The position numbers were made by a program, and so were the translations under genes. The notes beneath the pieces were generated by a model that was not told the DNA's origin, made no database searches, and saw nothing but the letters and a program-made list of their open reading frames with translations. 40,188 nucleotides of DNA from a virus (taxonomy: Duplodnaviria; Heunggongvirae; Uroviricota; Caudoviricetes), in the IMG/VR virus record IMGVR_UViG_2534681762_000013; one strand, given 5' to 3'. Shown here one piece after another: positions 1 through 10,700 of this stretch. The number at the start of each line of letters is the position of its first letter. Position 1 is the stretch's first letter.

Positions 1-483
1 ATGACGAAGAAAAAAGCACATAAACCTGGTTCAGCGACCATCGCGCTTAACAAGCGCGCCCGTCACGAATACTTTATCGAAGAAGAGTTCGAAGCGGGAC
101 TTGCCCTGCAAGGCTGGGAGGTTAAATCCCTGCGCGCAGGAAAAGCCAATATCAGCGACAGCTACGTCCTTCTGCGTGACGGAGAGGCATTTCTGTTTGG
201 CGCTAACATCACGCCAATGGCCGTGGCCTCCACGCATGTGGTGTGCGATCCTACCCGTACCCGCAAGTTACTTCTCAACCAACGCGAACTGGACTCATTG
301 TACGGTCGCGTCAATCGAGAAGGCTATACCGTAGTGGCGCTCTCCCTGTACTGGAAAAATGCCTGGTGCAAAGTGAAAATCGGCGTCGCCAAAGGTAAAA
401 AACAGCACGATAAACGTTCAGATATCAAAGAACGCGAATGGCAGGTGGATAAAGCACGTATCATGAAAAACGCCCACCGTTAA
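1..483 (+). CDS. smpB: SsrA-binding protein SmpB
   Basis: 160-aa ORF at the window start with the characteristic SmpB sequence ([28 protein letters not shown]...), directly upstream of the tmRNA gene as in enterobacteria. Confidence 0.96.
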
Positions 484-697
484 ACCTGCACTCCAATTAT
501 TGACCAGTTCCTCACCGCGCCTCCCTCTCCGGCGGCGCGAATGAACATCTTATTGGCTATCACATCCGACACAAATGTTGCCATCCCATTGCTTAATCGA
601 ATAAAAATCAGGCTACATGGGTGCTAAATCTTTAACGATAACGCCATTGAGGCTGGTCATGGCGCTCATAAATCTGGTATACTTACCTTTACACATT

Positions 698-1060
698 GGG
701 GCTGATTCTGGATTCGACGGGATTTGCGAAACCCAAGGTGCATGCCGAGGGGCGGTTGGCCTCGTAAAAAGCCGCAAAAAATAGTCGCAAACGACGAAAA
801 CTACGCTTTAGCAGCTTAATAACCTGCTTAGAGCCCTCTCTCCCTAGCCTCCGCTCTTAGGACGGGGATCAAGAGAGGTCAAACCCAAAAGAGATCGCGT
901 GGAAGCCCTGCCTGGGGTTGAAGCGTTAAAACTTAATCAGGCTAGTTTGTTAGTGGCGTGTCCGTCCGCAGCTGGCAAGCGAATGTAAAGACTGACTAAG
1001 CATGTAGTACCGAGGATGTAGGAATTTCGGACGCGGGTTCAACTCCCGCCAGCTCCACCA
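698..1060 (+). ncRNA. ssrA: tmRNA (transfer-messenger RNA)
   Basis: Starts GGGGCTGATTCTGGATTCGACGGG, contains the tag reading frame GCAAACGACGAAAACTACGCTTTAGCAGCTTAA (ANDENYALAA), and ends with the tRNA-like GGTTCAACTCCCGCCAGCTCCACCA; 363 nt. Confidence 0.95.
1016..1053. repeat. attL core: 38-bp direct repeat formed by the 3' end of ssrA
   Basis: ATGTAGGAATTTCGGACGCGGGTTCAACTCCCGCCAGC is repeated identically at 34447..34484; the two copies bracket the prophage. Confidence 0.75.
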
Positions 1061-1070
1061 AATAAAACAA

Positions 1071-1103
1071 GGGGTTACGTGAAAACGTAGCCCCTTTTTC
1101 TTT
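1071..1103 (+). terminator. ssrA intrinsic terminator-like hairpin
   Basis: GGGGTTACG / CGTAGCCCC stem followed by a T-run, immediately after the CCA end of tmRNA. Confidence 0.5.
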
Positions 1104-1177
1104 GGTAGTGGCGGCAAAATGGCGACAGAGTGTCGGACTGGCGGCAACAAAAAACCCGCCTTTAAAGCGGGTTCTGT

Positions 1178-1396
1178 TCAGAAACTCATGTGGCCTTGAC
1201 CACCTTTTCCAGGATGTGGCGGCGCAGAAGAAATTAGATTCGGTTTTATAATGTGCCGTACAAACGTTTCATGAGTAACGAACGTACAGCCACAATTTAT
1301 ATTTTGGCACTGGTTGTAACGTTCTTTTGTCGTAGCTGATACCTGAAAACTGCTTCTGGTATGTGCTGCATGACCGCACTCTGGACAGTTCATCAT
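1178..1396 (-). CDS. ogr: Ogr/B-type zinc-finger late transcription activator
   Basis: 72 aa from the internal Met (MMNCPECGHAAH...TTKERYNQCQNINCGCTF...), a C4 zinc-finger pattern like P2 Ogr; RBS before this Met; the ORF-track 88-aa version likely over-extends the N-terminus. Confidence 0.8.
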   Translation of the reverse strand: MMNCPECGHAAHTRSSFQVSATTKERYNQCQNINCGCTFVTHETFVRHIIKPNLISSAPPHPGKGGQGHMSF

Positions 1397-1464
1397 CGCT
1401 GTTATCCCACCACTCTTGCCGTAGTCGCAATAATGATACATCATTATTCAGTATTGAGAACCGA

Positions 1465-2565
1465 TTATTCAATTTCAAGATCACCAATCTTTACTTCAAG
1501 CTCCATGCTGGTCGTAAATCCATTATCCGGGCTGACAGAATGCGTCAGGGTGGTAATGGTCCACTCTGCATCATCGATCGGCTGCTTGAACCCTGTAACC
1601 TTCACCGGCATTTCCGTATAGAGATCAGCCCGCCCCTCAGCGAGCTGCAGGGAAAATGTAGCAACCCCACGCTGCAGACGTTCCCACTGCATTTTTGCTG
1701 CGCGCTCAGCATTGTTCCGGTTGGCGTAGGTACGATTAAGAACTAGCACGTTTTCATCCGTTCCCACCAGATAATCGCCCTGTTTTGCTTCCGGCTCTTT
1801 GGGTGTGGTGGTTTTCTTTCGACGACGCTTAACACTGGTTGTCTCTTTTTTCCTGGGTTCACGCGTATGCAACCAGCTGGCAATAACACCGGTATAGGCA
1901 CCACGATCAGCAAGGGTGAACCGATGACCGTCACCGGCTTTGCGAGTGATGGTGATAACCGGCAGCGGCTTGCCGCTCGCCGTTCTTCCCTGTCCCTGCC
2001 GGATAAACAGCAGATTCCCGTCCTTAACGGAAGCAATCGCCCCATACTGTCTCGCCAGTTTCATCAGAAAACTTGCATCGCTTTCATTGGTCTGGTCCAG
2101 ATGATCCAGCGCCTTATCCGTCAGGTCTTTACCCAGCGCCATTTTGAGGTTATGCCGGGCGGCTATTTCCTTTACCACCTCCCCCACCGTTGTCTGATGC
2201 CATGATTTTTCGCGCCGTGTATTGAGGGTTTCACGGAAATCTGCGCTACGCGCCCGGATGGTCAGCCGGTCAGGGGCACCGCTGTGTTCAATTTCATCCA
2301 CAGTAAAAGCCCCTTTAGGGAAAAGCGGCTGGCCTTTCCAGCCCAGCGCCAGCTGAATCACTGCCCCACGTCGCGGCAGGGCGATCAGCCCGTCGGCGTC
2401 GTCCAGCTCCAGATCAAGCTGGTCCGCTTCAAAGCCCCGGTTATCCGTCAGCGTCAGACTCATCAGGCGGGTATCCAGCACGGTCGTCACGTCCTTACCT
2501 TCAATGACGATACTGAAAGCCGGGCTTTTGCTGTTCAGATTCAGAAGATCAGAATTAACGTTCAC
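1465..2565 (-). CDS. D: P2 gpD-like tail protein (late gene D)
   Basis: 366-aa ORF placed between ogr and U as in P2; GTG start; overlaps the U stop. Confidence 0.8.
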   Translation of the reverse strand: MNVNSDLLNLNSKSPAFSIVIEGKDVTTVLDTRLMSLTLTDNRGFEADQLDLELDDADGLIALPRRGAVIQLALGWKGQPLFPKGAFTVDEIEHSGAPDRLTIRARSADFRETLNTRREKSWHQTTVGEVVKEIAARHNLKMALGKDLTDKALDHLDQTNESDASFLMKLARQYGAIASVKDGNLLFIRQGQGRTASGKPLPVITITRKAGDGHRFTLADRGAYTGVIASWLHTREPRKKETTSVKRRRKKTTTPKEPEAKQGDYLVGTDENVLVLNRTYANRNNAERAAKMQWERLQRGVATFSLQLAEGRADLYTEMPVKVTGFKQPIDDAEWTITTLTHSVSPDNGFTTSMELEVKIGDLEIE

Positions 2566-3047
2566 TGCAGCAATCCTCCTACCGTGTTCTTAATCCCCCC
2601 AATCGCAGAGGCAGCAGAGTCCTGCAGGTTGCTGAGCTGGTCACTCAGGCTCCCGAACATGTCAGACAGTGATTCATCAACCCGTTTGAGGGTGATCGTA
2701 AACTCAATGCGCCTGGGCATACCGCTGGCAAAAAACTCCGTCTTTGTCTGGCTCAGACTTTCAATAACAAACATGCCGTAAATGGTTCCGCTGCCTTCAA
2801 TCAAAGGCCAGGCTTTGCCCTGCTCTGCCATCAACTCCAGCGCCAGCAATGACAACCTGCCTCCGGTCACTTCCGGCAGCAGAACCCCGGACAGTGTCAG
2901 TGAATCATTATCCGGGCCAAGAAACTGCGTTGACGGGCGGCGATTCACCCGGCTGTTGGCGGCATGTCGCCAGCTGCGCTGATACTGCAGCTCCTGATAA
3001 GGGACAGTGCGCAGCATAAATACATATAAACCCAGCACCATCATCAT
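2562..3047 (-). CDS. U: P2 gpU-like tail protein
   Basis: 161-aa ORF starting MMMVLGLYVFMLRTVPYQELQYQRSW, matching remembered P2 gpU; start overlaps the T stop (ATGA). Confidence 0.85.
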   Translation of the reverse strand: MMMVLGLYVFMLRTVPYQELQYQRSWRHAANSRVNRRPSTQFLGPDNDSLTLSGVLLPEVTGGRLSLLALELMAEQGKAWPLIEGSGTIYGMFVIESLSQTKTEFFASGMPRRIEFTITLKRVDESLSDMFGSLSDQLSNLQDSAASAIGGIKNTVGGLLQ

Positions 3048-6000
3048 GATTCATACCCCCCCTGATCGCTGAAATTGCTGCGCGCTTTTGCCCTGGCCCT
3101 GCGTTCCCGCTCGTCAAGCTGACGTGCCACTTCACGGGCAATATCCTGCGCACTCTGTCCCGGCTGCGCGACGATATGAATGGGCGCATTTATCTCATAA
3201 CGAATAACTGACGGCGGGCTGTCAGCCTTCACTGGCTGCGTCTGGTATGCACTCGCAGGCAGACTGAACGGATGAAGCGGAACCGCTTCTGCAGGTGTCG
3301 CAGCAACCCCCATAACGCCTGCAACGACAGAGGCAAGCGCAGCAGTACGCCGCCTGCTGGTGACATTTGCCGGTCCGTTCACAATTTCAGGGCCATTTTC
3401 TCCAACAATGCCAAACTGCCCGCGTGGAATGATCCCGCCCGTGTCGTACATCCCTGCGTAAGCCGGGAACCCGCCTGGCGGCAGCACCACTTTGCCGTCA
3501 CTGTTCACCGTGGCGGATTGCTGTTGCGTGACCTGTGCAGGCAGTTTCGCCTTTGCCGCCTCCTTACTGACAATACCGAGCTTTTCCAGTAGCCATGACA
3601 CACCGGATTTAAGAGACTCCAGCGGGTGCATCACCATAGTCAGACCTTCCGCCAGCGCCTCACCAAACCGGCGCCCCATTGCAGCTGCGCTGTTCAGTTC
3701 TTCGGAAGTGGATTTAACCGGCGAAAGTAAATCGCTGAACCAGCCCCACAAGGCCTGCACCCTGTCACCAATCCACTGGAACATGGGCCTGAGCGGCTCA
3801 AAGGCGGCGCTGATTGGCGCTGCAGCGGCTTTGAACCCTTCCACCACGCCCCCCAGAAATGCACTGATGGGCTGCCAGTATTTCCACACAACCAGCGCCA
3901 CACCAGCCAGCGCAGCCACAACCAGCCCTATCGGACTGAGCAGCGCACCCAGCAGGCCGGAAATACCAAACAGCGCGCCGCGAAGTAATGCCAGCGGACC
4001 AGAAACAAGAAAACGCAATACGCCACCGGCAGCTGTCAGCCCACCACGCAACGCCGCCAGCGGGTTCATCACCATACCGATAACATTACGGATGCCTGAC
4101 ATACCGACACGGAACACGGCAAGCGGAGCACCTGCCACCGTTTTCAGTGCATTACCCGCTATTCCGGCTGAGCGACGCAGGGAATTAAGCGGGGCACTCA
4201 GTAACCCTACACTGCCACCGGATGACGCCATACCCCGACGCAACAGGGAAAGTGGCGCACCTGCCAGCCATGACAGGGCACCGCCAGTACGTGTTACCGC
4301 TGCAGCAACGGAAGGTAATGTTTTTACACCCAGCACAGACAGGCCAAACCGAATCACCGCAATCGGCCCCAGCACAGCAGCCACTGCCACGGCAAGTGTA
4401 CCCAGCCCGACAGTGACAGCCGCCGTAGCCGCCGCCACTTTCATCAGCGTGCCAGCCAGCACGGGATTCTGCTCCACCCAGCGACGCAGCGCCCCGGTCA
4501 CGCCCTTAACCATGCCCATAATATCCATCAGCGGCTGGCGCAACGTTTCCCCCAGACTGCTGAAAGCGTTCTGCGCGCCAGTCTTAACCAGCAACCACTG
4601 CGCAGACAATGAATCCTTGTTAATGTCGGATTCTTTCTGCATCGAGCCATTCGCACCACTGCCTGATGTGAGTTTCAGCTGACGCTGCAGCTCCGGCAGG
4701 TTGTTAGCCAGCTTTGCCGCATCATCGCCAAACTCTTTACCAAAAATCATTGTCATGGCTGACAGGCGTTTATCCTGCGGCAGATTGTTGACCTTCTCCA
4801 GAACCCGCTGAATGGTGCCCATGGCATCGGTGGTCATCTGCTTTTCAATCTCCGCAGGATTGAGTTTCAGCAGATTCATACCTTCAAAGAAGCGCTTACT
4901 TTGCATGGTGGCAATGGACAGTTCACGCACCATGGCATTAGAGGCGCTGGAGGCAATTTCCGGGGCAGCCCCAAGAGAAAGGAATGTTGAACCCAGCGCA
5001 GCAGCTTTTCGGAAGTCAAGGCGGTCAGCCACGCCCCCCATACGCTGCAGGACGTTGATAATGTCCCCGCCCTTTGACATGGCGTTATCGTCCAGGTAGT
5101 TCAGCGCATCGCCCAGTTGTTCAATATTGCGCGTCGGCACTTTATAGAGCTGCGCGATTTTCCCCAATCCTTCCGCCAGCTCATCGGCGGGCAGCTCAAA
5201 GGCCGTTGCAGCTTTTGCCGCCGTGGATGCAAAGGCCAGCAGGTCACGTTTCTGGTCCTCAAAGAGATCGTCCTGGCTGGTCACGCCCATACGCGCGCCC
5301 CCTTCAACCAGCGCGGCATAATCTATAGCGCCATTCTCCATCGGCAGCTGCTCACTGGCAGCCTTAATGGCATCCTGCATGTCATAAAACTGTTTTGTAC
5401 GGTTGCCGTTATCGTCCCGCAACCCGTTTACCTGCTTTGCCACGCCTTTCATGGCATCTTCCATGCTGGCGTAGCTTTTCACTGCAGCCAAAACCGGCGC
5501 ACCCATTGCCAGCCCGGCAGCTGTAGTGGTGGCTCCGGCTCCGGCTATGCGATCCCGAACCTCAAGACGGCGCGAATACTGATCACGAACCGCATTCATT
5601 CTCGCCTGCTGTTCACCCAGGTGTTTCAGAGATTTTTGCTGTCGCTCCAGTGCCAGTCGGGTTTCATCGGCGTTCTGCCGTAGCTCACGCTGTGCGCTGC
5701 TCAGTTTCTTTGTATCAAGCCCTGCCTCATTCAGCGCAAGGCGCTGACGCTGCACTGACTGACGCAGCCCGTTATATTTTCCCTGTAAATCGGTGACGCG
5801 ATTTTTAGCCTGCTCAAGCAGCCTGGCCTGAGCTGCCGTCGGGCGGTTGGTCGCAGTAAACTGCGTGGCGAGTTTTGCCGCTTCTTCGCGGGCGGCTTTA
5901 AGGCTGTTACCTGTGACTGCTAGCTGCGCGCTGGCCTTACGGAAGCCATCAATTCTGCCCGCCTGAGAATCTAACTCTTTCAGCCGGGCGCGGCTTTGCT

Positions 6001-6109
6001 GAATGGCGGCAGCCAGCTCTTTTGAGCTGGTCTGCGCGGATCGAAATGGGCGGGTGAGCTTGTCAACCGCATTCAGAATCACCTGCAGACGCAGGTTATT
6101 GTCACTCAT
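3044..6109 (-). CDS. T: tail tape measure protein (gpT-like)
   Basis: 1021-aa ORF with a coiled-coil N-terminal half and Gly/Ala-rich hydrophobic middle, positioned between E/E' and U. Confidence 0.85.
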   Translation of the reverse strand: MSDNNLRLQVILNAVDKLTRPFRSAQTSSKELAAAIQQSRARLKELDSQAGRIDGFRKASAQLAVTGNSLKAAREEAAKLATQFTATNRPTAAQARLLEQAKNRVTDLQGKYNGLRQSVQRQRLALNEAGLDTKKLSSAQRELRQNADETRLALERQQKSLKHLGEQQARMNAVRDQYSRRLEVRDRIAGAGATTTAAGLAMGAPVLAAVKSYASMEDAMKGVAKQVNGLRDDNGNRTKQFYDMQDAIKAASEQLPMENGAIDYAALVEGGARMGVTSQDDLFEDQKRDLLAFASTAAKAATAFELPADELAEGLGKIAQLYKVPTRNIEQLGDALNYLDDNAMSKGGDIINVLQRMGGVADRLDFRKAAALGSTFLSLGAAPEIASSASNAMVRELSIATMQSKRFFEGMNLLKLNPAEIEKQMTTDAMGTIQRVLEKVNNLPQDKRLSAMTMIFGKEFGDDAAKLANNLPELQRQLKLTSGSGANGSMQKESDINKDSLSAQWLLVKTGAQNAFSSLGETLRQPLMDIMGMVKGVTGALRRWVEQNPVLAGTLMKVAAATAAVTVGLGTLAVAVAAVLGPIAVIRFGLSVLGVKTLPSVAAAVTRTGGALSWLAGAPLSLLRRGMASSGGSVGLLSAPLNSLRRSAGIAGNALKTVAGAPLAVFRVGMSGIRNVIGMVMNPLAALRGGLTAAGGVLRFLVSGPLALLRGALFGISGLLGALLSPIGLVVAALAGVALVVWKYWQPISAFLGGVVEGFKAAAAPISAAFEPLRPMFQWIGDRVQALWGWFSDLLSPVKSTSEELNSAAAMGRRFGEALAEGLTMVMHPLESLKSGVSWLLEKLGIVSKEAAKAKLPAQVTQQQSATVNSDGKVVLPPGGFPAYAGMYDTGGIIPRGQFGIVGENGPEIVNGPANVTSRRRTAALASVVAGVMGVAATPAEAVPLHPFSLPASAYQTQPVKADSPPSVIRYEINAPIHIVAQPGQSAQDIAREVARQLDERERRARAKARSNFSDQGGYES

Positions 6110-6538
6110 CGCTGGCCCCGCTTCTCTGAATCGCTTTATGCCGCCACTCCAGCACCTCTGTCAGCGGCATAACGTCAGTGATGGACGGCGACCAGTGAAA
6201 GATGGTGGCGATATCCGCCACCAGGTCATCAATCGTCAGGCTGTCGGTAAACCGGCAAGCACCGACTTCTTCAACAAAAAAGTCACCACCTCGACCGACA
6301 GCGCGGTGAGATCGGCGGGGTCCAGTTCAGCCATTTCCTGTGCGGTCAGCGTTGGGGTGGAAATACGCGGGATCACTGTCATCATGGCCCCCACGTCCAT
6401 ATCCATAATGGCCTGCAGGCGGGTGCCGCGCAGCGCACCGGACTGCGGCTTACGCAGCACAATTTCGGTGATTTGGGTTTTACCGCGCATGATGGGCGTA
6501 TCCAGTTGTACGGTTTTTTCAGTCAGCTTGTCGCTCAT
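6102..6538 (-). CDS. E+E' extended tail chaperone made by programmed -1 frameshift
   Basis: Slippery T-TTT-TTG on the minus strand (plus 6275..6281); the -1 frame stays open to a stop at 6102..6104 that overlaps the T start codon, the same geometry as P2 E/E'. Confidence 0.55.
6236..6538 (-). CDS. E: tail assembly chaperone gpE-like
   Basis: 100-aa ORF directly upstream of T; contains a TTTTTTG slippery heptamer near its 3' end. Confidence 0.8.
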   Translation of the reverse strand: MSDKLTEKTVQLDTPIMRGKTQITEIVLRKPQSGALRGTRLQAIMDMDVGAMMTVIPRISTPTLTAQEMAELDPADLTALSVEVVTFLLKKSVLAGLPTA

Positions 6539-6592
6539 GTTCGTTTCCTGTTAATCAGATACTGGCGCGGATCACCGCGCCGTTAAGTTAAA

Positions 6593-7108
6593 TCAGAGGC
6601 CAAGGGCGTTACGGTGTGCTTCCATCAGGTCCGCGCCGTCAACGATTTCAATCATGTTGACCAGATCAACCTCATAGAGCACTTCGCCGTTAATGGTCAG
6701 CTTCGCGTAGCTGTTGGTGCTGCTGACTTTGGTGGTGCTGCTCTCGCCGGTTTTCCACTCGCCGGAATCCACTTCTTTATGACGCCCCCGCACAACCAGC
6801 TCAATGGCCTGAACTTCGCCGGTATCGTCACGCTGAATAGAGCCGGTGAAACGCAGCTGGATGCCATCAACGGTTGCCTTGCCCATCTGCTTGAATAACA
6901 ACAGTTCGGTGCCGCCGATTGAAAATTCCGTGTCGAGTGCGCCGTCATCCAGCCCCATATCCACATCTACCGCGCCCGGCATACCGCCGCCGCGATACTT
7001 CTCAAACTTGCGGGTGAATTTCGGCAGAGTCAGGGACTCAACGATCCCCTGCCAGTTGTTCCCGTCGTTGAACAGATTCAGGTGTTTTAACTTGCGTGGT
7101 AATGCCAT
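6593..7108 (-). CDS. FII: tail tube protein (gpFII-like)
   Basis: 171 aa from the internal Met (MALPRKLKHLNLFNDGNNWQG...), preceded by a G-rich RBS; the ORF-track start at 7141 would overlap FI. Confidence 0.85.
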   Translation of the reverse strand: MALPRKLKHLNLFNDGNNWQGIVESLTLPKFTRKFEKYRGGGMPGAVDVDMGLDDGALDTEFSIGGTELLLFKQMGKATVDGIQLRFTGSIQRDDTGEVQAIELVVRGRHKEVDSGEWKTGESSTTKVSSTNSYAKLTINGEVLYEVDLVNMIEIVDGADLMEAHRNALGL

Positions 7109-7118
7109 GTATCCCCCC

Positions 7119-8291
7119 TTATGCACTGACACGGCTGGCAAAATCGACCAGGTAGCGATCGGTGATGCGCTGGCGCAGCATCAGATTTTCAAGCGGCAGC
7201 ACAGGCGTGTAGTCGTAGTCGATGGTGAGCTTCCCGGCTTTCAGAGAGTCTTTATCGTTCACTGACTCATCCAGCCAGCAGTCCGCCCCGATGAGGTATC
7301 CCTGATTTACCAGGCTGCGTAATTTGGCGCGAATACCTTCGATAATGTCGCGGGCCAGTGACGGATTCAGTGGCTTATCCACCGCCCACATATGCCCCTC
7401 TGCAATTGTGTCAGCCAGCACCTGCGCCGTACGGGTGTAGTTCTCAAACGCAAACAATGGATCGTCACTGAGGCAGCGGGAACCCCAGAAGCGGAAGCCG
7501 TCTTTGCAGATCAGCGTGGTGACGTCATTCTGGTTCAGCAGTCCCGCGTCTGTTGCCGGGTCCTGCAGATCCCAGAACACATCAGCGGAAAGACCGGTGA
7601 CGCCATTCACACCCACGTTGGACAGGGTTTTGTGCCATCCGGTCTGTTCGTCGATTTTGGCGCGCAGACCGAGCGCACGTGCGGAGGCGTAAGCCGTCGC
7701 ATCGGCTTTAAGAACGGTGTCAAAGTTGATGAAATCAGGCCAGATCAGCATCCCTTCTCGCTGGCTGAAATTGTCCCGGTAAGCAATGGCTTCCTCCACC
7801 GTCTTGCAGCCATAGGCAGACAGGTAGGCAAACCCGCGCAGGCTCTGCGCAATACTCATCAGCTCAGTGGCTACCGCCTGCGTGTCATGCCCCGGCACAC
7901 CGAGAATGCGCGGCTTAACTTTCAGCTGCGACTGCGCAGAAAGCAGCGCTTTCATCCCCGTTTTTTTACCGTCGGACGTGACGCCACCGATAATATTGGA
8001 GGTGGTTTCCGCTTCGGTTTCGCCCTGCGCCACGCGCACAACAACCGTCACGGGTTTTGATTGGTCGGCAATCGCATCAAGCGAACGGGCCAGCGTGCCG
8101 GACTCGCCTGCTTTACCGCTGGCCTCCAGCACATCCGTCAGCAGAACCGGCTTATTGAGAGGAAACACGGACGCATCAGCATCATCGCCGGTGCAGACCA
8201 TGCCCACAATAGCGGTGCTCACCGTGGTGATAGATCGGGTGCCCTCGTTGACTTCAACAACGCGCACCCCGTGGTGGTAATCCTGAGCCAT
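7119..8291 (-). CDS. FI: contractile tail sheath protein (gpFI-like)
   Basis: 390 aa ([35 protein letters not shown]...), closely matching remembered P2 FI along its length. Confidence 0.9.
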   Translation of the reverse strand: MAQDYHHGVRVVEVNEGTRSITTVSTAIVGMVCTGDDADASVFPLNKPVLLTDVLEASGKAGESGTLARSLDAIADQSKPVTVVVRVAQGETEAETTSNIIGGVTSDGKKTGMKALLSAQSQLKVKPRILGVPGHDTQAVATELMSIAQSLRGFAYLSAYGCKTVEEAIAYRDNFSQREGMLIWPDFINFDTVLKADATAYASARALGLRAKIDEQTGWHKTLSNVGVNGVTGLSADVFWDLQDPATDAGLLNQNDVTTLICKDGFRFWGSRCLSDDPLFAFENYTRTAQVLADTIAEGHMWAVDKPLNPSLARDIIEGIRAKLRSLVNQGYLIGADCWLDESVNDKDSLKAGKLTIDYDYTPVLPLENLMLRQRITDRYLVDFASRVSA

Positions 8292-8374
8292 AGCGGCGAA
8301 CCTCCTGATTGGAATAGGCTTCGCCCTATGTTGTATTGATTACGTCACGCAGACAGCTGCGCGGCGTTGTCCTG

Positions 8375-8932
8375 TTAATCACACAATGTCGCAGGATATT
8401 TGCGGTATAACGTCGAGATCCCCACATCAAACATTAAAGCAACCCGCTGCCGTGTTTCACCTGCAGCAAGTAACCTGCCAGCCTGTGCCCATTGCTCTGG
8501 CGTCAGTTTTGGTCTTCGCCCTCCAATCCTGCCTTTAGCTCTTGCGGCTTCCAGTCCCGCACGGGTTCGTTCCACTATCAACTCGCGTTCCATCTCCGCC
8601 AGTGCCCCCATAACGTGAAAGAAAAACCGCCCCATTGGTGTACTGGTGTCTATGCTGTCAGTCAGACTACGGAAATTAACTCCGCGCTGCCGGAGTTCTT
8701 CTATCAGGGTAACAAGGTGTCGCATGCTTCTTCCCAGCCTGTCGAGCTTCCATACAACCAGCGTGTCTCCCTCTGATAACGTCCTGAGCAACCTTTTTAG
8801 CCCTGGTCTGTCTGCTGTTTTTCCGCTCATTTTGTCTTCAAAAATTAGCTCACATCCTGAGCGTTCCAGTGCATCACGTTGCAAAGCAGTGTTCTGGTCA
8901 TTTGTTGACACCCTCACATAGCCTATTTGCAT
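8375..8932 (-). CDS. serine DNA invertase (Gin/Hin/Cin/Pin family)
   Basis: 185 aa from MQIGYVRVSTNDQ (catalytic Ser motif) with C-terminal HTH; adjacent to a segment flanked by hix/gix-like inverted sites. Confidence 0.88.
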   Translation of the reverse strand: MQIGYVRVSTNDQNTALQRDALERSGCELIFEDKMSGKTADRPGLKRLLRTLSEGDTLVVWKLDRLGRSMRHLVTLIEELRQRGVNFRSLTDSIDTSTPMGRFFFHVMGALAEMERELIVERTRAGLEAARAKGRIGGRRPKLTPEQWAQAGRLLAAGETRQRVALMFDVGISTLYRKYPATLCD

Positions 8933-9017
8933 GAAAAATAACCTCTTAAAAGATAAACAGCATGCCATGATTTTCAGATGCTGGAATCATTTGCTACGTA
9001 ACTGATTCAATACTGGC

Positions 9018-9043
9018 TTTGGCTAAATGTTGGTTTGGGAGAA
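9018..9043. other. invertase crossover site A (hix/gix-like 26-bp site)
   Basis: Its reverse complement TTCTCCCAAACCAACATTTAGCCAAA shares the 14-bp half-site TTCTCCCAAACCAA with site B at 11512..11537 in inverted orientation; resembles hixL (TTCTTGAAAACCAAGGTTTTTGATAA). Confidence 0.55.
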
Positions 9044-9403
9044 GCGGCAAAACGAAATGTGGGAACAGGGGAAAATCAGATACCGGACATGGCTTCATTT
9101 AGTGGGGTGAGGGATTATTACGGAAAACAACTTTTGCCAGGAGGGTTGATACTTCAGTGGCTGACGATTCCATCAAGTGCAGCAGCCAAAGCTGTAACAC
9201 TGAATAATGGTAATTATCAGCTGTCAGGCTATAAATGGCCCCAGTCATTTGGTGTCCTGTTTGCTGTGTTTGCTACAAAAGTTTCTGGCTCGACTAACGA
9301 AGCATATGCAATCTCAGTTAATCGTCACTCTACCGATGTAATTGTCATCTGGAATGCCCGTAAGGCTGATGATGTCCACATTTTAGGAATTGGGGAATTA
9401 TGA
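9035..9403 (+). CDS. alternative tail-fibre C-terminal (variable) segment, currently in the silent orientation
   Basis: The open frame begins inside crossover site A with no independent start context; it would fuse in frame to the constant part of H after inversion, as in Mu G / P1 C segments. Confidence 0.55.
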   Translation: MGEAAKRNVGTGENQIPDMASFSGVRDYYGKQLLPGGLILQWLTIPSSAAAKAVTLNNGNYQLSGYKWPQSFGVLFAVFATKVSGSTNEAYAISVNRHSTDVIVIWNARKADDVHILGIGEL

Positions 9404-9819
9404 CAATGAAATGGTCCCCATCTGTTCAGGGATTTTTCTCTGAAAATAACAGCGATATTCCCGATGATGCTTTCGATATTGAAGATGCTCTTTATTATGA
9501 ACTTATGAATGGTCAGAGTACGGGGAAAATTATTATCAATAACCCGGATAACTACCCTGTACTTACTGAATATCCAGCGAAGACACAGGAACAGGAAATA
9601 GCTGAAGCGGAGGGAATGAAAAGTATACTTATTGAACAGGCCAACGAATACATGAACAGTAAGCAATGGCCTGGTAAAGCCGCTATTGGTCGTCTGAAAG
9701 GTGAGGAACTGGCGCAATATAATTTGTGGCTGGATTACCTGGACGCACTGGAACTGGTCGATACTTCCGGTGCGCCAGATATTGAATGGCCTACGCCTCC
9801 GGCAGTTCAGGCCAGATGA
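9400..9819 (+). CDS. tail fibre assembly protein (Tfa), paired with the alternative fibre segment
   Basis: 139 aa ending ...[15 protein letters not shown], the conserved Tfa C-terminal motif; start overlaps the upstream stop (ATGA). Confidence 0.75.
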   Translation: MTMKWSPSVQGFFSENNSDIPDDAFDIEDALYYELMNGQSTGKIIINNPDNYPVLTEYPAKTQEQEIAEAEGMKSILIEQANEYMNSKQWPGKAAIGRLKGEELAQYNLWLDYLDALELVDTSGAPDIEWPTPPAVQAR

Positions 9820-10002
9820 CGTCCGGCGCGGTGCTGGTATCTGATTCCATCACCGCGTCGATATTACCAACATCATATTCAGTCATTTCCGGTTCCGGTG
9901 GTGCTATAAACTCTCCGTCAGAATAGAACCAACCGACGCCTGCATCTGGTGATGCTGTCAACTTACTGATTTAGTGTATGATGGTGTTTTTGAGGTGCTC
10001 CA

Positions 10003-10278
10003 GTGGCTTCTGTTTCTATCAGCTGTCCCTCCTGTTCAGCTACTGACGGGGTGGTGCGTAACGGCAAAAGCACCGCCGGACATCAGCGCTATCTCTGCTC
10101 TCACTGCCGTAAAACATGGCAACTGCAGTTCACTTACACCGCTTCTCAACCCGGTACGCACCAGAAAATCATTGATATGGCCATGAATGGCGTTGGATGC
10201 CGGGCAACTGCCCGCATTATGGGCGTTGGCCTCAACACGATTTTACGTCACTTAAAAAACTCAGGCCGCAGTCGGTAA
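10003..10278 (+). CDS. insA: IS1 InsA
   Basis: 91 aa [39 protein letters not shown]..., recognised IS1 InsA; GTG start. Confidence 0.93.
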
Positions 10279-10700
10279 CCTCGCGCATACAGCCGGGCAG
10301 TGACGTCATCGTCTGCGCGGAAATGGACGAACAGTGGGGCTATGTCGGGGCTAAATCGCGCCAGCGCTGGCTGTTTTACGCGTATGACAGTCTCCGGAAG
10401 ACGGTTGTTGCGCACGTATTCGGTGAACGCACTATGGCGACGCTGGGGCGTCTTATGAGCCTGCTGTCACCCTTTGACGTGGTGATATGGATGACGGATG
10501 GCTGGCCGCTGTATGAATCCCGCCTGAAGGGAAAGCTGCACGTAATCAGCAAGCGATATACGCAGCGAATTGAGCGGCATAACCTGAATCTGAGGCAGCA
10601 CCTGGCACGGCTGGGACGGAAGTCGCTGTCGTTCTCAAAATCGGTGGAGCTGCATGACAAAGTCATCGGGCATTATCTGAACATAAAACACTATCAATAA
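10197..10700 (+). CDS. insB: IS1 InsB frame (transposase made as InsAB' fusion by frameshift)
   Basis: 167-aa frame ...[37 protein letters not shown]...; the A6C frameshift motif TTAAAAAAC lies at 10252..10260. Confidence 0.9.

Noticed and set aside
950-1150. 66-aa minus-strand ORF spanning the end of ssrA, and its twin at 34408..34683
   Set aside because: Both translate the repeated tmRNA 3'-end sequence (shared peptide RELNPRPKFLH); they are artefacts of the att repeat, not genes.
1269-1746. Overlapping small ORFs around ogr (1269..1487 -, 1361..1621 +, 1363..1746 +)
   Set aside because: They overlap the recognisable ogr and D genes in other frames or on the opposite strand, with no RBS or motif support.
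3492-4682. 396-aa + strand ORF (and similar ones at 5117..5683 and 6003..6554) inside the tape measure region
   Set aside because: Antisense to the well-supported tape measure and E genes; Pro/Ala/Ser-rich low-complexity translation typical of spurious reverse-frame ORFs in GC-rich coding DNA.
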